Of a DNA stretch of 32,000 bases, positions 26,589 through 32,000 are shown piece after piece. This DNA is from Cerasibacillus terrae (lineage in GTDB: Bacteria > Bacillota > Bacilli > Bacillales > Amphibacillaceae). The translations under genes were made by a program, and so were the position numbers. The stretch spans positions 86,132 to 118,131 of the forward strand of contig NZ_VDUW01000004.1 of the NCBI RefSeq assembly GCF_008039555.1. Direction: 5' to 3'. Each line of letters opens with the position of its first letter. The stretch's first letter is position 1. The notes under the pieces were generated by a model, which saw nothing but the letters and a program-made list of their open reading frames with translations, had not been told where the DNA came from and did no database searches.

Positions 26589-27431
26589 TTATTTCATATA
26601 CCAACAAACGCCTATAGCATTATTCCCTAAATGTGTTCCAATTACTGGACCAAAATAACTAATATTCGTATCGATATTTGGATATTTTTCTTTGAAACGG
26701 TTTTCTAAGTCTTTTGCTGCTTGCTCATTATTTCCATGAATAAAAGAAACTTCCATACCTTTTCCTTGTGAAGCATCTTCATCTAACATAGACATAATTC
26801 GATTGATGGCCTTTTTTCGTGTCCGAATCTTTTCAAAAGGTACAATTATTTTATCAACAAAATGTAATATCGGTTTAACTTGTAAAAGACTACCTATAAA
26901 TGCTTGGGCACCATTCAATCGTCCACCACGTTGAAGATTTGTTAAATCATCCACCATAAAATATGCAGTCATTGTCTGTTTCATTTGCTTTAAACGTTCA
27001 ATGATTTCTTCTGGTGTCTTATTTTGTTTTGCTAATCGAACTGCTTCGAGAACATAAAAACCTTGTGCCATACAACTAAGTTCTGAGTCAAAAGGATATA
27101 CATTTAATCCTTCAATCATCTCACCAGCACTTGCTGCTGCTTGGTATGTACCGCTGATTCCACTTGATAAATGAATCGAAATAACTGCATCATAATCTTC
27201 AGCGATTTTCTGAAATGTTTCAGTAATAAACCCTATGGATGGCTGGGAAGTTTTTGGTAATTCTTTTGCTTGACTCATTTTTTCATAAAACTCTTCTGTG
27301 GTAAGATCAATTTCTTCTCTATATACTTCTTCATTAAAGGAGACACTTAGAGGCACCATATGTATATCGTGTTTATCACGTATTTCTTTCGGAATATATG
27401 CTGTACTATCTGTCATTACAGCTACTTTCAT
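26589..27431 (-). CDS. degV: DegV-family fatty-acid-binding protein (YviA-like)
   Basis: ORF 26589..27518. The start is reset to ATG 27431 (MKVAVMTDSTAYIP) after GGAAGGA, giving 280 aa. It has the DegV motif TSQPS. Confidence 0.9.
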   Translation of the reverse strand: MKVAVMTDSTAYIPKEIRDKHDIHMVPLSVSFNEEVYREEIDLTTEEFYEKMSQAKELPKTSQPSIGFITETFQKIAEDYDAVISIHLSSGISGTYQAAASAGEMIEGLNVYPFDSELSCMAQGFYVLEAVRLAKQNKTPEEIIERLKQMKQTMTAYFMVDDLTNLQRGGRLNGAQAFIGSLLQVKPILHFVDKIIVPFEKIRTRKKAINRIMSMLDEDASQGKGMEVSFIHGNNEQAAKDLENRFKEKYPNIDTNISYFGPVIGTHLGNNAIGVCWYMK

Positions 27432-27549
27432 TGCGTTCCTTCCTTTCCGTCTCTTTACCTCATTTGTGTCTATTTTACATGATAATCTGTAAAAATGCAT
27501 CGAATAATTACGATTCATCTAGGAAATAAGAAAGATAGGGATTCTTCTA

Positions 27550-28296
27550 TTACCCAACTTCTACCCAGCCTTTTCGAATAGCCTCAACAACTGCTTGTGT
27601 TCGGTCTTTTACATTCATCTTTTGTAAAACACTGCTTACATGGTTCTTCACAGTTTTTTCACTAATATATAATGATTCCGCCACCGCTTTATTGCTTTTT
27701 CCTTCTGCTAATAATTGTAAAACTTGACGCTCCCTTTTTGTAAGTAAATATAATGGGTCATCTTTGTTTGCTTGAGAGGAATTACTACCTGATTTTTTTG
27801 ATCTTTTAGTAAGTAGACGATATTCTTTAACAAGATTATGTGTTACTTTTGGATGTAAATATGATCCCCCATCATTGACTACTTTAATTGCTTCAATTAA
27901 TGAATCAGAATCCATTTCTTTTAATAAATATCCTTGTGCACCTGTTTGTAACACATGTGTTACATAGTTCTCATCATCATGAATAGATAAAATAATAATT
28001 TTTATATTTGGATATTTTTTAATTAATTCTGAAGTAGCTTCTACACCATTCATTTTTGGCATATTAATGTCCATTAAAATAACATCTGGTTGGTAATCTT
28101 CCACTAATTGTTCTGCCTCAGAACCATCACTACCTTCTGCAACAACATGAAATTCTGGTTCGAATTCTAATATGCGTCTAACACCTTCACGAAATAATTT
28201 GTGATCATCAATTAATAAGACTTTCACTTTTTGTTCCGTATCCATATTTTCCTTCGTATTTAAATCCTGTTCTATATCCTGTTTTTCTGTATTCAT
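27550..28296 (-). CDS. degU: Response regulator DegU (NarL/LuxR family)
   Basis: Receiver domain ([17 protein letters not shown]) plus an HTH ([45 protein letters not shown]). It aligns closely by eye with B. subtilis DegU. I place the start at ATG 28296, 8 nt after AAGGGAG, giving 248 aa. Alternatives are ATG 28245 (231 aa) and GTG 28326. Confidence 0.9.
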   Translation of the reverse strand: MNTEKQDIEQDLNTKENMDTEQKVKVLLIDDHKLFREGVRRILEFEPEFHVVAEGSDGSEAEQLVEDYQPDVILMDINMPKMNGVEATSELIKKYPNIKIIILSIHDDENYVTHVLQTGAQGYLLKEMDSDSLIEAIKVVNDGGSYLHPKVTHNLVKEYRLLTKRSKKSGSNSSQANKDDPLYLLTKRERQVLQLLAEGKSNKAVAESLYISEKTVKNHVSSVLQKMNVKDRTQAVVEAIRKGWVEVG

Positions 28297-28354
28297 TTTC
28301 TCGACTCCCTTATACTTCTTTTTCACAGTATCTTTTCACATGGAGGCTGGGTAA

Positions 28355-29488
28355 CTATTGATTTGGTATGCGTATAATCACTTTTGTTCCTTTGTTCACT
28401 TTTGATTGAATAACTAATTTTCCACCAAACAAATCAACGCGTTCTTTCATCCCTATAATACCAAATGAGTCATCCTTTTGAATCGATGGATCAAATCCCT
28501 TTCCATTATCTGTAACAACAGCAATGATATGATTTTTTGTGATTTCAATTTTCACATGAATATGCGATGCATCTGCATGTTTAATAGAATTTTGCACTGC
28601 TTCTTGGATTAACCGGAATAATACTACCTCACATTCGGGTTCAAGTCTTTTTTCTGTACCAAATTCTGTAAAATCAATGGATACTTCATGAAACTCAGCA
28701 GTAGTTGATAAATATTTATTTAAGGTTGGAATCAATCCCAAATCATCTAAAGTCATTGGTCGCAAGTCATATATAATTCTTCGGACATCTTGTAGGGATT
28801 GTTTAATTAGTTGCCTTACGTTCTTTATTTCTGCAACAGCAATTAATAAACTTTCTTCTCGAGCAGTTCTTTCAACTATTTCAGAACGTAATAGAATATT
28901 TGCAAGCATCTGTGCTGGACCATCGTGGATTTCTCTTGATATCTTTCTTCTCTCTTCCTCTTGCGCTTCAATAATCTTTAAGCCAAATTTATGTTTCTCT
29001 TTTGCCTCTTTTAGAATTTCATTTACCTGTTGGAAATCCTCATTTAAATATTGCAAAATAATTGATACCTTACCAACTAATCCATCGGCACGGTTGATCG
29101 TATTTTCTAATCCAATAAGCCTTCTTTCTAAGTCATCACGCTTCAGTCTAAGGTTTCTTTCCTTTTCTCGTAGCATAATTAGCTTTGTTTGTAGATTATG
29201 TGTCACTTCATAAACTTCACGGATTTCTTCTTCTGAATAGCGATCAAAAGATTTACTTACCTCGGATAGATGCCTTTTAGAAGTCTGCACCTTTTTACTT
29301 AGTTCTTTTTCTGCCTTAATATGTTTCAATACCTTATCTTTTGTTTCATTTAATTCTATAACAAGTCGTTCATACTCCTCTCGTGCATCCTCGCTAATAT
29401 AAAATATTTCATCTTTACTATCCTCGACAACATTAACCATCTTGTCGATAATCTCATCCAAACGTTTTATTCTTGGTTTCATAACCAT
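28355..29488 (-). CDS. degS: Cytoplasmic sensor histidine kinase DegS
   Basis: 377 aa with no TM segments and an H-box, EEERRKISREIHDGPAQMLAN. It has DLRPMTLDDLGLIPTL and an ATPase domain (DNGKGF, FGIIGMKERV). Confidence 0.93.
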   Translation of the reverse strand: MVMKPRIKRLDEIIDKMVNVVEDSKDEIFYISEDAREEYERLVIELNETKDKVLKHIKAEKELSKKVQTSKRHLSEVSKSFDRYSEEEIREVYEVTHNLQTKLIMLREKERNLRLKRDDLERRLIGLENTINRADGLVGKVSIILQYLNEDFQQVNEILKEAKEKHKFGLKIIEAQEEERRKISREIHDGPAQMLANILLRSEIVERTAREESLLIAVAEIKNVRQLIKQSLQDVRRIIYDLRPMTLDDLGLIPTLNKYLSTTAEFHEVSIDFTEFGTEKRLEPECEVVLFRLIQEAVQNSIKHADASHIHVKIEITKNHIIAVVTDNGKGFDPSIQKDDSFGIIGMKERVDLFGGKLVIQSKVNKGTKVIIRIPNQ

Positions 29489-29667
29489 TTTTTTACACCA
29501 ACCTATGATATAATCATACGCAGAAATACTTTGTTTTTACAGGTACTAAGGAACCACTCAAAAAGTCCCACTTATTTACAAACTGTTATCTTTCGTCCTA
29601 TACTGTACTTATTAACTAAACATTTAAACGATAAATAATTCATTTTAAGTGATTATTCTAAATTTAC

Positions 29668-29703
29668 CGCAGATTAATTGGCGGTAGAAAAGTTTTACTT
29701 TAT
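29668..29703 (-). repeat. Shortest collapsed copy of the 150-bp repeat, inverted orientation
   Basis: The reverse complement reads ATAAAGTAAAACTT-tt-CTACCGCCAATTAATCTGCG. This is the left-end motif fused to the right-end motif, as in ATAAAGTGAAACTT...TTACAGCCAGTTAATCTGCG. It lies 27 nt upstream of the yvyE ATG. Confidence 0.65.
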
Positions 29704-29729
29704 TATAACATTAAAAGGGGAAAATAAGG

Positions 29730-30386
29730 ATGTTATCAACGTATTTTACAGTAAAAAATGAGGGTTCTGATGAAATAATAATCCAAAAGTCAAGATTTAT
29801 TGGATATGTGAAGCGAGTAGAAACAGAAGAAGCTGCCCAAGAATTCATTCACCATATAAAGAAAAAACACCATGATGCCACACATAATTGTTCTGCATAT
29901 ATCATTGGTGAACATGACCAAATTCAAAAGGCAAACGATGATGGCGAACCAAGTGGCACAGCGGGTGTCCCTATTTTAGAAGTATTAAAAAAACAACATT
30001 TAAAAGATACTGCTGTCGTTGTTACCCGTTATTTTGGTGGTATTAAACTTGGTGCTGGTGGTCTTATTCGAGCATATAGTAGTACAACATCTCAAGCAAT
30101 TAAAACAACAGGTATTGTAAAAAGACAACTAATGCAAGGTTTTTCTGTTATTGTCGAATATCCCTTATTAGGTAAGCTGGAAAATGCATTGCGAAATTCT
30201 GAATATATTTTAAGGGATATCCATTATTTAGATAAGGTAGATATTCACATCTATGTTGAAGATGGTCAAGAAAACACCTTTTGCAAATGGATTACAGAAC
30301 TAACGAGTGCCCAAGCAGAAATCAAAGAGACGGATAAAAAGTATTTAGAAATCGATGTATCTTCTACAAAAAATGAAGCGGAATAA
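29730..30386 (+). CDS. yvyE: YigZ/IMPACT-family protein (UPF0029, YvyE-like)
   Basis: 218 aa with the conserved core KSRFIGY..H.KA.H.C.AY..DDGEP.GTAG.P.L..L, then VVTRYFGG.KLG.GGL..AY. RBS AAAAGGGGA. It is divergent from degS as in B. subtilis. Confidence 0.88.
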   Translation: MLSTYFTVKNEGSDEIIIQKSRFIGYVKRVETEEAAQEFIHHIKKKHHDATHNCSAYIIGEHDQIQKANDDGEPSGTAGVPILEVLKKQHLKDTAVVVTRYFGGIKLGAGGLIRAYSSTTSQAIKTTGIVKRQLMQGFSVIVEYPLLGKLENALRNSEYILRDIHYLDKVDIHIYVEDGQENTFCKWITELTSAQAEIKETDKKYLEIDVSSTKNEAE

Positions 30387-30391
30387 TTTTT

Positions 30392-30422
30392 AGTGCAAGG
30401 ATTTAACCTTGCACTTTTTTAT
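30392..30422 (+). terminator. Rho-independent terminator after yvyE
   Basis: AGTGCAAGG / CCTTGCACT stem with a 6-nt loop, followed by TTTTTTAT, 5 nt after the stop. Confidence 0.85.
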
Positions 30423-30459
30423 TTAATCTATATTTTCTTGTGTTTGTTGCTAATAGTTT

Positions 30460-30485
30460 GGCATCTTTTTTTAAAAAAAGATGCC
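30460..30485. terminator. A/T-rich palindromic hairpin downstream of nagB
   Basis: GGCATCTTTTT / AAAAAGATGCC perfect palindrome, 30 nt downstream of the nagB stop. The U-run is inside the stem rather than trailing it, so terminator function is uncertain. Confidence 0.45.
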
Positions 30486-30514
30486 ATTACTAAAATCTTT
30501 TGAGAAAGTCTTGA

Positions 30515-31252
30515 TCAATTATATCCCTTTGTCTTCGATAGGGCTGCTTCATCTGCAATAACGGTGATATCTGCGTGTTTTTGTAAAATAGATGCTGGTA
30601 CATCCTCTGTTACTTCTCCTTGAATGACTTTAGCAAGTGTTTCTGCTTTCTTTTCTCCTGATACGAGTAATACAATTTTCTTACTTCCCATAATTGTAGC
30701 GATTCCCATTGTTATTGCCTCTGTAGGCACATCATCAATTGAATTAAAAAAACGTGCATTTGCTTGACGAGTTGATTCGTCTAGCTCTATAATATGTGTT
30801 CGTTGATCAAACGGTGTTTTTGGTTCATTAAAACCAATATGGCCATTTAAACCAAGTCCTAAAATTTGAAGATCAATATTTCCAGCTTGCTTGATTAGTT
30901 GTTCATAGTTATCACATTCTTGTTGTTTGTTTTTAGCCATACCATTTGGCAAGTGTATTTGTTTTTCGGGAATGTCTATATGCTTAAATAAATGTTCATT
31001 CATGAAATAATAATAACTATTTGGATTATTTTTATCTAAGCCAATATACTCATCCAAATTGAATGTAGATGTGTATTGAAAGGTTATTTCGCCCTGCTTA
31101 TTTTTATGGACTAACTTCTCATAAAGTCCTTCAGGTGTTGATCCTGTTGCAAGTCCTAACACAGACCTTTTATTTGACTTCATGTGTTTGGTAATTATTT
31201 CACATGCTTTTTCACTCATTGCAGGATAATCTTTCACCTTAATAATATTCAT
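30515..31252 (-). CDS. nagB: Glucosamine-6-phosphate deaminase
   Basis: 245 aa with LGLATGSTP, FNLDEY and LGLGLNGHIGFNEP. Its ATG overlaps the nagA stop (ATGA). Confidence 0.92.
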   Translation of the reverse strand: MNIIKVKDYPAMSEKACEIITKHMKSNKRSVLGLATGSTPEGLYEKLVHKNKQGEITFQYTSTFNLDEYIGLDKNNPNSYYYFMNEHLFKHIDIPEKQIHLPNGMAKNKQQECDNYEQLIKQAGNIDLQILGLGLNGHIGFNEPKTPFDQRTHIIELDESTRQANARFFNSIDDVPTEAITMGIATIMGSKKIVLLVSGEKKAETLAKVIQGEVTEDVPASILQKHADITVIADEAALSKTKGYN

Positions 31253-32000
31253 TTCTTTTCATCCCTTTCATATGCAATGACACCCCGACATATCGTATAG
31301 TTTATATTTAATGCATCATCTACAAGTAATATATCTGCATCTTTTCCAACAGAGATACTTCCTTTTTGGTCATAAATATTTAACTGTTTCGCAGGATTCG
31401 TTGATGTCATCTCAATAATATTTCTTATAGTAACACGGTTTAATTTTAACATATTTTTTGCGGCATTGTACATTTTCAAAATACTACCTGCGAGTGTTTC
31501 ATCATGAAGGACTGCCCTCTTCTCTGTCACTTTTACAGGTTGACCACCTAATTCGTAATCCCCGGGCGGCAAACATTTTGCTCGCATGGCATCTGTAATT
31601 AGCAATAATCGCTCACTACCAATATTGTCATATAGGAGTTGCATCATTTCAGGAGATACATGAATCTCATCTGCAATCAATTCTGAGCGTAATTGTTCTA
31701 AGACAAGTGCCGCTCCTACGACTCCAATATCCCGATGATGAATTCCACGCATCGCATTGCAAATATGTGTCACTTGCCGTACTCCATAAGACACTGCTTT
31801 TTTCATATCAGAAAAGGTTGCATCTGTATGTCCTGCCGATACATTTACACCATGATTTGCAAGATATGAAATAAATGAACCATCTTGGTCTAATTCTGGT
31901 GCTAAAGTAATCGTTTTAATGTTGTTTCCTGATAATTTCTGCCATTTTTGAAATTGCTCGATATTTGGATCCATAATATATTTTAATGGTTGGGCACCCT
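31249..32000 (-). CDS. nagA: N-acetylglucosamine-6-phosphate deacetylase; 5' end outside the window
   Basis: The ORF-track start at 31974 is an internal Met. The frame stays open to the window edge (..GAQPLKYIMDPN..). It has NagA motifs AGHTDAT, TH.CNAM and LITDAM. Confidence 0.88.
   Translation of the reverse strand, partial: GAQPLKYIMDPNIEQFQKWQKLSGNNIKTITLAPELDQDGSFISYLANHGVNVSAGHTDATFSDMKKAVSYGVRQVTHICNAMRGIHHRDIGVVGAALVLEQLRSELIADEIHVSPEMMQLLYDNIGSERLLLITDAMRAKCLPPGDYELGGQPVKVTEKRAVLHDETLAGSILKMYNAAKNMLKLNRVTIRNIIEMTSTNPAKQLNIYDQKGSISVGKDADILLVDDALNINYTICRGVIAYERDEKK

Overview
AT-rich chromosomal segment from a Bacillaceae-type Firmicute. All but one gene is on the minus strand, and the order is almost colinear with the Bacillus subtilis uvrBA / ftsEX / prfB-secA / hpf / late-flagellar / comF / degSU region. 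I call 31 CDS: uvrA (partial), uvrB, minJ-like, ctpB, a coiled-coil M23 peptidase, ftsX, ftsE, cccB, prfB (programmed +1 frameshift), secA, hpf, fliT, fliS, fliD, flaG, csrA, fliW, yviE, flgL, flgK, flgN, flgM, yvyF, comFC, comFA, degV, degU, degS, yvyE/yigZ (+ strand), nagB and nagA (partial). Many ORF-track starts are too long, so I re-set them from Shine-Dalgarno spacing. I see no rRNA, tRNA, CRISPR array, transposase or obvious novel protein-coding system; this is core genome. The unexplained signal is non-coding. (1) A roughly 150-bp, two-hairpin repeat family occurs at six loci: two tandem full copies plus a stub downstream of hpf, one full copy upstream of hpf, and two internally collapsed copies near uvrB and yvyE. 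(2) About 750 bp without ORFs lies between two minus-strand terminators in the hpf-secA gap. It holds three identical ATGTCGAA octamers (perfect Spo0A 0A-box cores) and an orphan strong SD-like tract. (3) The flagellin gene is missing from its conserved slot after fliW-csrA, yet a sigma-D-type promoter still sits there, now directly ahead of flaG. All functional calls rest on my reading of translated motifs and synteny. No database search was run.
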